A stretch of DNA of 46,187 bases, from contig CAZPFX010000005.1 of NCBI GenBank assembly GCA_964586055.1, positions 2,946-49,132 of the forward strand. Direction: 5' to 3'. The first letter of the stretch is position 1; every line of letters begins with the position of its first letter. Below, in pieces: positions 18,206 through 26,511 of this stretch. This DNA is from an uncultured Pseudomonadales bacterium. Lineage in GTDB: Bacteria > Patescibacteriota > Microgenomatia > UBA1400 > PJMF01. A model generated the notes under the pieces. That model was not told the DNA's origin. It searched no databases and worked only from the letters and a program-made list of their open reading frames with translations. The position numbers were made by a program, and so were the translations under genes.

Positions 18206-19404
18206 TACTTGCCGCCTGCTCCACCGAAAAGCCCAACACTTGATTTCTTTTCTGAGTCGCTAGAGCTTTGGCTTATAATTATTTCCTGATCAAGCTCTAG
18301 GCCAAACACAACCTCAGTCATTGATTCGCCCTCAATACCAATCTCTATTGGCATATAAAGTGGTTCGCCAGTTTTTTTGCTGAGAATTTGTACGGCTTTA
18401 CTACCTTGGTATGGCTTGATAGCTGAGTTAGGGACAACTAAAACGTTGTCTTTACTCTGAGTAGTAATGTCAACCTGAACTGTCATGGCTGGTCTGATGG
18501 CTGAGCTTGGCTCAGATAGCACCAGATAGATATTGTAGGTAACTACACCTGAGTTTTCAGTGCCAAACTCATCTACTCTTTTCACTACAGCATCAAATGG
18601 AGTGGTACTGAGAGCATCAACGCTCACCTTCGCAAGTTGTCCTGGTTCTATTGTGACTACACTAGCTTCACTAACTGTCAGTTTTACCCAGGTTTCTACT
18701 GCCGAGCCAATTACCATGGCATTTTGACTTGCTGTCACCTCTTGTCCGGGTGAAACGCTGAGATTGGCTATCGTTCCACTAATTGGCGCTGTGACCTTAC
18801 CATCTATGGTCGCTTGGTATGAAAACCACGAACTACTGACCGCTGCTTTAGCCTGAGAAATAATGGCATCCTGATCTAGGTATTTTTCTTCTGCGGCTAG
18901 CCAGTCTCTATTTGTTTGAATGTAAATTGGATCATCTACTGATAGTTCTGTATCAAGTGACTTTGACTCAAATGACTCGTGAGCCGCCCACATAGCGGAT
19001 TCATTGGAATTTTTTGTTCTCTCTGCTGTGTCAAGATTATTTTTGGCAGTTAAGTAGTTTGAGTATGCTCGCGATCTATCCTCTGCAGTCGCACCGCTGG
19101 TGACTTCAAAAAGTGCTTGGCCGCGCGTTACTGTGTCGCCATTATCAACGTAAATTTCAGAAACCACCCCAGTAATTGTAGAGGTGACATCAGTCTTACC
19201 TGTGCTCATGATTTCTCCAGTCTCTGAAACTATCTCTTCGACAGAGCCCATGGCGACTGCTCCAGTTTTGTAGGTGATTTCAGCGCTGCTATCTGATTTG
19301 GGTATTAGTAAATATATCGCGACTATCACCACCCCAACGAGCAGTATTTTTTTCAGCAAAGAAATTCTTTTGAACCAATTCCAAGCGTTAGTTATTTTTT
19401 TCAT
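18205..19404 (-). CDS. MacA-like membrane fusion (periplasmic adaptor) protein
   Basis: N-terminal TM, lipoyl halves (G.V.EIYVDNGDTVTRGQ; APISGTI), coiled hairpin, IRPAMT, VLVVPNSA. Confidence 0.9.
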   Translation of the reverse strand: MKKITNAWNWFKRISLLKKILLVGVVIVAIYLLIPKSDSSAEITYKTGAVAMGSVEEIVSETGEIMSTGKTDVTSTITGVVSEIYVDNGDTVTRGQALFEVTSGATAEDRSRAYSNYLTAKNNLDTAERTKNSNESAMWAAHESFESKSLDTELSVDDPIYIQTNRDWLAAEEKYLDQDAIISQAKAAVSSSWFSYQATIDGKVTAPISGTIANLSVSPGQEVTASQNAMVIGSAVETWVKLTVSEASVVTIEPGQLAKVSVDALSTTPFDAVVKRVDEFGTENSGVVTYNIYLVLSEPSSAIRPAMTVQVDITTQSKDNVLVVPNSAIKPYQGSKAVQILSKKTGEPLYMPIEIGIEGESMTEVVFGLELDQEIIISQSSSDSEKKSSVGLFGGAGGK

Positions 19405-19700
19405 TCTTTTGCACCTCCACCGTGCCCACCGGTAATCATTCTTAGTATTCCTGGACCACTCCCATGCTCACCACCATCAGAAAAGTTGGGACGCTCTTCC
19501 TCTAGTTTCTTTTCGATTTCTTCATCAGAAAGTCCCTGCGCTTTCCAACTTTGGATAGATAATTCACGTTGTTCTTCCATTGCTGCAAAACGAACACTCC
19601 TTTGTTTTTGGGCTTTGTAGTAATTAAATCCTAGGAATATGGCTAAGGCTAGAACTCCAGCGCCCACCCACAACAACATTTTTTTCTTTGAATTCTTCAT
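19401..19700 (-). CDS. Small single-TM protein, first gene of the MacAB-like operon
   Basis: GGAG upstream of ATG 19700, one TM helix, Gly-rich tail; ATGA overlap with the adaptor gene. Confidence 0.65.
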   Translation of the reverse strand: MKNSKKKMLLWVGAGVLALAIFLGFNYYKAQKQRSVRFAAMEEQRELSIQSWKAQGLSDEEIEKKLEEERPNFSDGGEHGSGPGILRMITGGHGGGAKE

Positions 19701-19774
19701 TAAAATCTTCTCCAATTAATACTTGGAACACATGTAATACGAACTAAAATATTTTTTCTTTCAGAGAAACCATT

Positions 19775-21751
19775 TTACTCTGCAAATTGCGCTTCGTGTT
19801 GTCGTTTTTCTTCCATTAGTCTTATCTTATCCGATATTGTCGATCGTAAGTACCACCAGGCTTGATTTGGATGTGATAGGCATTGGAAGATTTTTGTTGG
19901 GCAGTGTGGGGCAAAATAAATTGTTGTTTGTTCAGAAAATTCCCCGTTGGAAATAGTGATTTTAGTTTTCAAGGCAGTGTCATTTTCAAAGTCAATAAAC
20001 TGCATACCATTACTACCATGCTGTTCGTGAATTGTTATTTTTGAAATTTCAGCTTCGGTCACAACGCTCGGGTACTCTCCCAAAAGCACTGGCTGATCGT
20101 CGGAGTCTTTGGGGAAAAGTACCAATCGAACAGGGTTGCGTCCCGCAATTGCATAGTCGTTATTTACGAAGACATAACTATTTTTTGCGTTCAATGGTTT
20201 CATAGTTATCTCGGGGAACAGCAATGCAGAATATTTTTTTCTTATTGTTGATAGATCAAAGTCATTAATAAAAGGCGAAAATTTTATAAAGTCCCCCACT
20301 TCATTTTTAGAAAAACCCCATAAGACCTCATTGTCACCGTGCCAAGATAAGTTGGCAACTTGATCATGATTTTTATGAAGTAGAAAGTCTGATGATCTAA
20401 ATCTAGCTATTTCGCTTTGGTCTTGAAAATATACTATATTATTATTCTCTTTTTTCACTTCAACACTCCCGTTTTCTCCCAGTATATTTATTCCCACAGG
20501 TGTACCCAGTTCTTCAAGGCGGTTAATGAGTGAGTCGTTATGGACAACTAACGAATCTTGGTTTTTCGTATCGATTCTAGAGCCATCGATGATGAATGGC
20601 ACAACCCACCAGCCAAGCTTTTCTGAAATATCATTCAGGTATGGATCTTCAAACCTTGAATCGTAGAGACGAAGGTCGGTCAGCGATAACACTCCCCCGC
20701 TCAGTCTGAGCCTGGCCCTATATGTGTTTGTGGTTATCCACCAAGCTTTCTCACCTGGATTTTCAGAAGAATTGCCGCCATAAATCTGAACGTCATTGTT
20801 ATTATTAGATCTTAACCAATCTTCGAAATTTTCCAGCGTTGCTACTACATTGTTTTCTGCTTGCCATTCATTCACAAATTCAAGCTGCCTAAAGAACTCT
20901 TCATGAGAGTCTTGACCCATTGAATTTTCCAAACCAATCAGCGCGAAAGTATAGTTTCCCAACTGATTGTGTGCCTGGGTAAATAGATGTTCGAAGTAGT
21001 CGAGACCTGCGTGCCTAAAAGCGTAGTCATTTGGCTGAGATGTATACGAGCTCGATCGATCTCCGTAGTTAAAGACAGGATCCATAATTGTTTGTCTAAC
21101 TATGAGAGGTTGGGAAAAATTTCCTTGTTCAGGAACCAAAGCCCAGTTATCTGATGGCCAGTATGGATACTGCATAGGGCCGCCGTAGAGAGTGTATGAA
21201 TCTGTGCCAAATTGTTCGCGAGTTATTTGATGAACCATGACTCCATATTGTTTTTTTAAGTACGCGAGTGACCAGGGATCTATCATCCACGATGACGAAA
21301 AAGAGGGGTAATGGCCCAGAGCTTCCCTAAATTGCAACATGTGTGTATCAATAAGTTTTTTTCTATCTGCTTGAGAGTAGCCAATGAGAAACACATTTTG
21401 GGCCTCGTACCATTGATCAGGTTTTCCTTTATATATAACCTCAGCTTGAGTAGCTAGTTCGGGGGTAATCTCTAAAAGAGCTCCATAGCTGAATTGCGGA
21501 TACTCTTTTGCCAAACTAACAAATTCATGGTTTTCTAAGGCATCAATTCTCAAGGCAAAATTGGCTGATAGATTTAGTTCTGCAAGTTTTTCAAGTTGTG
21601 TTTGAAAATTTGCGACAGATCCCACATCACAGCATTCCTCTCCACGGACTTGGTTGAGGATTATGGTGAAGTGCTGTTGATCAGTTGCGAAGATTTTTGA
21701 GGGCGATGCTAGTAGAAAAAGGGCTAGGAGAAAGGCCAGAAGTTTTTTCAT
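19775..21751 (-). CDS. Secreted hypothetical protein, possible carbohydrate-active barrel (DUF3863/NodB-like) N-terminal domain
   Basis: Signal peptide; LEITP, GYS..DR.KLID...F....GHYP, W.ID, EQ...D.YTLYGG...PYWPS motifs. Family assignment is from memory. Confidence 0.55.
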   Translation of the reverse strand: MKKLLAFLLALFLLASPSKIFATDQQHFTIILNQVRGEECCDVGSVANFQTQLEKLAELNLSANFALRIDALENHEFVSLAKEYPQFSYGALLEITPELATQAEVIYKGKPDQWYEAQNVFLIGYSQADRKKLIDTHMLQFREALGHYPSFSSSWMIDPWSLAYLKKQYGVMVHQITREQFGTDSYTLYGGPMQYPYWPSDNWALVPEQGNFSQPLIVRQTIMDPVFNYGDRSSSYTSQPNDYAFRHAGLDYFEHLFTQAHNQLGNYTFALIGLENSMGQDSHEEFFRQLEFVNEWQAENNVVATLENFEDWLRSNNNNDVQIYGGNSSENPGEKAWWITTNTYRARLRLSGGVLSLTDLRLYDSRFEDPYLNDISEKLGWWVVPFIIDGSRIDTKNQDSLVVHNDSLINRLEELGTPVGINILGENGSVEVKKENNNIVYFQDQSEIARFRSSDFLLHKNHDQVANLSWHGDNEVLWGFSKNEVGDFIKFSPFINDFDLSTIRKKYSALLFPEITMKPLNAKNSYVFVNNDYAIAGRNPVRLVLFPKDSDDQPVLLGEYPSVVTEAEISKITIHEQHGSNGMQFIDFENDTALKTKITISNGEFSEQTTIYFAPHCPTKIFQCLSHPNQAWWYLRSTISDKIRLMEEKRQHEAQFAE

Positions 21752-22230
21752 TTAACTGCCTCTAACACTTTTTTCGCATCCACAGAACTAAAAATTTTAA
21801 GATCAGGAATTTTTGTGAGTGGTACCCACTCTGCCATTTCAGCGTATTTTTTTTCGTTTTCGTCAAGATATTTTGTTGAAAGCTCACCGCCAATGACTTT
21901 GCATTCATAGAATACGTGGATTGAGTGAACAAAATTTCCCTTAAAGGGAAGTTTAAAAAAAGAATTTTGGCAATGCAAAATTTTGCCAACTGATATCTCG
22001 ATGCCAGTTTCTTCTTTGACTTCTCTCTTTAAAGCATCTTCAGTATTTTCCCCAAGTTCAATTCCTCCTCCTGGGAAATTATATCCGTTCCACTGTTTTG
22101 ATAGTAAGATTTTATCTTCTTGGATTATGACTCCATACACCGCTGGTCTGAAAGTAAGTTCATCACTTGAAACTTCGAAGGTCTTTCCTTCGATGTCTTC
22201 GCAAGTGATTGTTGTTGGAGATTTTTGCAT
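21748..22230 (-). CDS. NUDIX hydrolase
   Basis: Nudix box PGGGIELGENTEDALKREVKEETG. Confidence 0.92.
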   Translation of the reverse strand: MQKSPTTITCEDIEGKTFEVSSDELTFRPAVYGVIIQEDKILLSKQWNGYNFPGGGIELGENTEDALKREVKEETGIEISVGKILHCQNSFFKLPFKGNFVHSIHVFYECKVIGGELSTKYLDENEKKYAEMAEWVPLTKIPDLKIFSSVDAKKVLEAVK

Positions 22231-22235
22231 AAAAC

Positions 22236-22877
22236 TTATTTTTGTTTTCTGATTGCCATTACATTTTGAGATTTATCAGCTGGATATGCCCAAGCTTTCA
22301 AAAATTGATCAATCACAATTTCCTGATTTGGGCGAGCGGGCAAGCCTGGATTATGAAGAAAGAAGCTGTTTTCATCATAATCAAAAATCACTACAAAGTG
22401 GCCTGTATATCCGTTCTCACTATTCAAGGTATTTCCATTTACGTTGCAAATTAATAAGTAACCATTATCTATAAATTTCTTGAGATCGTCAGTGGTCGGT
22501 ATTCCCGTTTTGTACCCAATATTTTCCACTGCCCTTTTCATGATCTCAACTTCTTGGTCAATATTGCTGTGCGCTATCTGTTCTTTTCCTACTTCTTCTC
22601 CGTAAAAGTCCAGTAAATATTTCTCACCGTTAAGTATGAATTTTTCTCGGTCAAAACTATCTACTGAAATGATATCTAGACCTTTGTTTCGAAGCCATAG
22701 CTGTCCCGCCGTAGGCCAAGTCCAAAGCTTGGGAACTTTTGCAGAAATTTCTTCAAGTTCTTTCCATGAATAGTTTTCATCAGGAGAAAAATAAGCAATA
22801 ATCATTTTTAGAGCTGCTTGATAACAGTGAGTGTCGTCAGGGGTGTTTGAATAAAAAGGAATAGATTTTTTTGTCAT
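22236..22877 (-). CDS. Peptidase C39-like (papain-fold) protein
   Basis: HCYQAALKM (Cys), GHFVVI (His), LHNPG. Confidence 0.75.
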   Translation of the reverse strand: MTKKSIPFYSNTPDDTHCYQAALKMIIAYFSPDENYSWKELEEISAKVPKLWTWPTAGQLWLRNKGLDIISVDSFDREKFILNGEKYLLDFYGEEVGKEQIAHSNIDQEVEIMKRAVENIGYKTGIPTTDDLKKFIDNGYLLICNVNGNTLNSENGYTGHFVVIFDYDENSFFLHNPGLPARPNQEIVIDQFLKAWAYPADKSQNVMAIRKQK

Positions 22878-22994
22878 AATTAAGATAAGTATAGAATCTT
22901 GTCGCCTGGATAATTAACAAAAGCGACAGTTCCTTCTTAACAATTTTTCCTTGGTTCTTTTGAATGAAGTATAGCAAAGTATAATGACTCGCAC

Positions 22995-23666
22995 ATGCAA
23001 AGCACCAAACTTGGAAAATTCACCGTCTATCTTGATCACTCTGAGGAATTTCATTCGCTTAAGCGCGAAATATTCTCCGGAGGCAGCTATTATTTAGAAC
23101 TGGAAAACTCCGCACCCAATATTCTTGATGGCGGCGCCCATATTGGTCTCTTCACTCTTTACTATAAGCAGCTCTACCCCGCAGCAACTATTACTGCCAT
23201 TGAGCCCTTGGCAGAAAACATTGTTCTTTTAGAAGAAAATATATTTCAAAATCAACTTGAGGGTGTAACTACGGAGCATGTAGCGCTTGCCGATCATGTC
23301 GGGGCTATGAAGTTCTACTACGACTCTACTCCTGAAAAATGGTTTTCAACGGCAGGTTTGTATGAAGGAGCTTGGAGCGGAGCTCAGGAGTCAGACTCAC
23401 GAACAGTACCAACAAAAACTCTGAGTTCATATTTGCGAGACCAGAAATTCGATCTGGTGAAGCTCGATATTGAGGGTGCGGAGCTAGGAGTAATTGCAGA
23501 AGCCAAGGCTCTACTCTCTCGTTCTGATCAGTATCTTATTGAATTTCATCCTAGAAATGGCAGTAAGGTTGAGCAGCTAGAAAAGATATTTACAGATCGT
23601 GGATTTAAAGTTCAAAGTGAAAAAACGAGTCGCGCTGGATTACAGCTACTTCACGCTTGGTCTTAA
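22995..23666 (+). CDS. FkbM family methyltransferase
   Basis: ILDGGAHIG, AIEP, VKLDIEGAE, IEFH. Confidence 0.9.
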   Translation: MQSTKLGKFTVYLDHSEEFHSLKREIFSGGSYYLELENSAPNILDGGAHIGLFTLYYKQLYPAATITAIEPLAENIVLLEENIFQNQLEGVTTEHVALADHVGAMKFYYDSTPEKWFSTAGLYEGAWSGAQESDSRTVPTKTLSSYLRDQKFDLVKLDIEGAELGVIAEAKALLSRSDQYLIEFHPRNGSKVEQLEKIFTDRGFKVQSEKTSRAGLQLLHAWS

Positions 23667-24659
23667 CTCCGGAAAAATCAAATATAAAAACTCGCGAGCA
23701 GCGTGTCGGTTCTTACCCTTATATGGATAGTCGTGGATATCGAATCCAGGAGTATCGTTTATTTCGATAATAACGTAGCTATCTTTGGTTTGCTTTTTAC
23801 TGATATCTTTTGTCATAAAATCAATACCTGCAAATGATAGTCCGGGAATGGTACGAATTGCTTTCAGAGCTATCTTTATGACGCTCGGGTGAGCTATATC
23901 AGTGCAGTCGATAGCTTCTCCACCCTGAGAAACATTAGAGACTTTGCGTAAAAATATTTGCTTACCCTTTTTTGGGATTGATGAAAGATCTAGTTTTTGT
24001 TCGTTCAGATAATCTAGCAGTTTTTTATCAACTCTAATTTTTAGATGTGATTTAACTCCGCCCTTAGCCCCACGAATGTCTTCTTTATTTTTTTCTGTGA
24101 TAAGTTTTTTTATAGTACTGATTCCGTCTCCGACTACGTTAGCTGGAATTCTATTAAGAATGCCGATCACTTTCTCTTGTGAAAGCAAAATCCGATACTC
24201 ATTTCCAGCGAACATTTCTTCGATGATGACTCCAGAATTCTTTTTATTTGAGTGCGAAAAGGCATGATCAATTGCTTCCAAGTACTTTTTTTTCGTTGAA
24301 ATATTTACAGAGATGTTATCTCCCCAACTGCCGTTTCCTGGTTTTATCACAAGTGGTTTTTTTAGGAAGTTAAAGACGCTGATCAGGAAATCATTATCAG
24401 TTTCTCTTCTAACTCTGAATCCTTTGGGAACAGTAATTCCAGCTTGCTTCAAGAGATTGGAAGTAATCTTTTTGTTATTGCAGGCGTACTTAGCCAAAGC
24501 TGTAGTTGATGAAGGAAGTTGATAATAATATGAGCGCTCTTGACCTTTATAAGTCAGAGTAACTATATGAGTTCCAGGGATTATTCTCCAGTCTACGCCG
24601 TGCTTTTCAGCTTCAACTATAACTAATCTGGAGCTGTTACTAAGATTTTTACTCACCAT
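23646..24659 (-). CDS. Stand-alone ATP-grasp ligase (cyanophycin synthetase/GshF-type ATP-grasp domain)
   Basis: PLVIKP..GSWG, EYR, R.PANVVGDGISTI..LI..KN, NVSQGG, GIDF, IEIN..PG..H. Start ATG 24659 preferred over TTG 24701. Confidence 0.85.
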   Translation of the reverse strand: MVSKNLSNSSRLVIVEAEKHGVDWRIIPGTHIVTLTYKGQERSYYYQLPSSTTALAKYACNNKKITSNLLKQAGITVPKGFRVRRETDNDFLISVFNFLKKPLVIKPGNGSWGDNISVNISTKKKYLEAIDHAFSHSNKKNSGVIIEEMFAGNEYRILLSQEKVIGILNRIPANVVGDGISTIKKLITEKNKEDIRGAKGGVKSHLKIRVDKKLLDYLNEQKLDLSSIPKKGKQIFLRKVSNVSQGGEAIDCTDIAHPSVIKIALKAIRTIPGLSFAGIDFMTKDISKKQTKDSYVIIEINDTPGFDIHDYPYKGKNRHAAREFLYLIFPELRPSVK

Positions 24660-24816
24660 TAGGCCGGTGGGTGAGAAATATGTATAAACTAATTTTGGCA
24701 AAGATAACTCTCTTATTTTTTCTAAAAAACACTATAACAGAAAAATCCCTCAAGAGCAATGCTATAGGATAGTATTTTATTTTCTGTAATTGGGGTACAA
24801 TAAACTTTTGTAAATT

Positions 24817-25593
24817 ATGAACATTTTTCAAGCAGTTATCTTTGGCATTGTTGAGGGAATTAGCGAATTTCTTCCTATCTCCTCCACTTTTCACTTGCTT
24901 CTTACCAAGGACGCACTTGGGCTAGCTGATAGCTTTTTTCTCAATAATTTTATTGTCATCATTCAGTCAGGGGCGATCTTTGCCGCTATTGCTTTATATG
25001 CCAAGAAGATATTGCTAAATCGTCGACTGATCATAAATTTACTTTTATCATTCTTCCCCACGGCTGTGATTGGATTACTTGGTCACAGCTTTATTAAAGA
25101 TACTTTGTTCTCAAGTACCACGACGCAGTTGGTGAGTTTCATTGGTGTGGGTATTTTATTTTTGGTGGCCGAGAAGTACTTTGGCAAAAAAGATCAGTTG
25201 CTAACATCAGATCAGATCACTACTAAGGACGCGCTTTTGATTGGATTAGCCCAAAGCTTCGCCATCATTCCTGGTGTGTCGAGATCGGGAATTGTTTTAC
25301 TATTTATGTTGTGGAGAGGCTACAAAAGGTCGAGCTCTGCTGAATATACCTTCATGTTAGGAATCCCTACTCTTCTTGCAGCTTCTGCTCTAGACATGCT
25401 CGGATTAATTCAGCAAACAGAATCGATAACACCACTTCTTATGCCGCTCGCCGTTGGCTGGATTGTCTCTTTTGTCGTGGCCCTATTCGCTATGAAGTGG
25501 CTGGTTGAGTATCTCAAAAAACATAGCCTGAGTATTTTCGGCTGGTACAGAATCATCGTTGGATTATTTTTGGTGCTTCTTACCTTACTTTGA
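24817..25593 (+). CDS. uppP: Undecaprenyl-diphosphate phosphatase
   Basis: GIVEGISEFLPISSTFHL, IQSGAI, PGVSRSG, FGWYRI. Confidence 0.95.
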   Translation: MNIFQAVIFGIVEGISEFLPISSTFHLLLTKDALGLADSFFLNNFIVIIQSGAIFAAIALYAKKILLNRRLIINLLLSFFPTAVIGLLGHSFIKDTLFSSTTTQLVSFIGVGILFLVAEKYFGKKDQLLTSDQITTKDALLIGLAQSFAIIPGVSRSGIVLLFMLWRGYKRSSSAEYTFMLGIPTLLAASALDMLGLIQQTESITPLLMPLAVGWIVSFVVALFAMKWLVEYLKKHSLSIFGWYRIIVGLFLVLLTLL

Positions 25594-26334
25594 AACTTTT
25601 TGTAACTCTGATTTAATCTTTTCGTTCTCTTCAAATTTGGTTAGACTTGCTCCATAATTTGGAAAACTTTTCAGAATAAAAGTCTGAAATTGTCTATCAA
25701 TATTAAAGAAAATACCCATCGCTGTGATTATCATCAGAACTCCAAAACCACGCTGTATCTTAGATGCATTTCTTAAGAGCCACGGTACCCTTTGCAAAGC
25801 AGTGGCGCCAGCCATCATTATTATGAATAGCGGAATAGCTGTTCCAACGGCATAAGCAAGGGTGATCAGAAGCGCTTGAGCCGTTACAGTTCCAGTAATA
25901 GCCAGACTTATGACGGAGCCAAGAATTGGCCCAACGCAAGGCGTCCAAAGTAGTCCTAGTGACAGGCCGATTAGAACTCCGCCTGCGAAGCCAGCCCTCT
26001 TTTTTCTCGATGGAACTAGATTGGCGAATCTACTGAAGAATTTTTCGAGTTCTGTTTGTACTTGTGGGATCAATAGGCTAGCTCCAAATAACGCAAGGAC
26101 TCCGATCGAGATCATTCGGAGAGATCCAGCAGGAATGCCGCTAAGTCGAACAATCGTCGAGAGAAAGAGAGTAAAAAAAGTAAAGCTACCAATAAATCCA
26201 ATAACAACTCCAAAGGGTTTTTGTTTTCCAGATACATCTGCGGAGGAAAGAATGATTGGAAGGAGTGGCAAAATGCAGGGAGATAAGACCGTGACGATGC
26301 CAGCGAGGAAGGCGAATGAGATTAGTAAGATCAT
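25585..26334 (-). CDS. CcdA/DipZ-type transmembrane thiol-disulfide transporter
   Basis: LSPCILPLLP and WTPCVGPILG Cys-Pro motifs; 6 TM helices. Confidence 0.88.
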   Translation of the reverse strand: MILLISFAFLAGIVTVLSPCILPLLPIILSSADVSGKQKPFGVVIGFIGSFTFFTLFLSTIVRLSGIPAGSLRMISIGVLALFGASLLIPQVQTELEKFFSRFANLVPSRKKRAGFAGGVLIGLSLGLLWTPCVGPILGSVISLAITGTVTAQALLITLAYAVGTAIPLFIIMMAGATALQRVPWLLRNASKIQRGFGVLMIITAMGIFFNIDRQFQTFILKSFPNYGASLTKFEENEKIKSELQKVSK

Positions 26335-26511
26335 TATTTTTCTAGTTAACTTAGGCTAATTATATAGTAGATCAGTAAACCTATAAAAATATATAAATAT
26401 ATATCTTAGTCATTCGCCATCTCTTGAAAAAAATAAATTTTCTACTACAATAAATTCTAGTTGGAATTGAGCTTTGCGTCTGTGAGAAGAAAGAAACAAG
26501 TGATTAACCAT

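Noticed and set aside
22900-22928. TGTCGC...GCGACA inverted repeat between divergent C39 and FkbM genes
   Set aside because: Only 6-bp arms with a 17-nt spacer and no regulator nearby; too weak to call.
23646-24701. Calling the ATP-grasp gene cphA or gshF
   Set aside because: Only the ATP-grasp domain is present; the other catalytic domains are missing.
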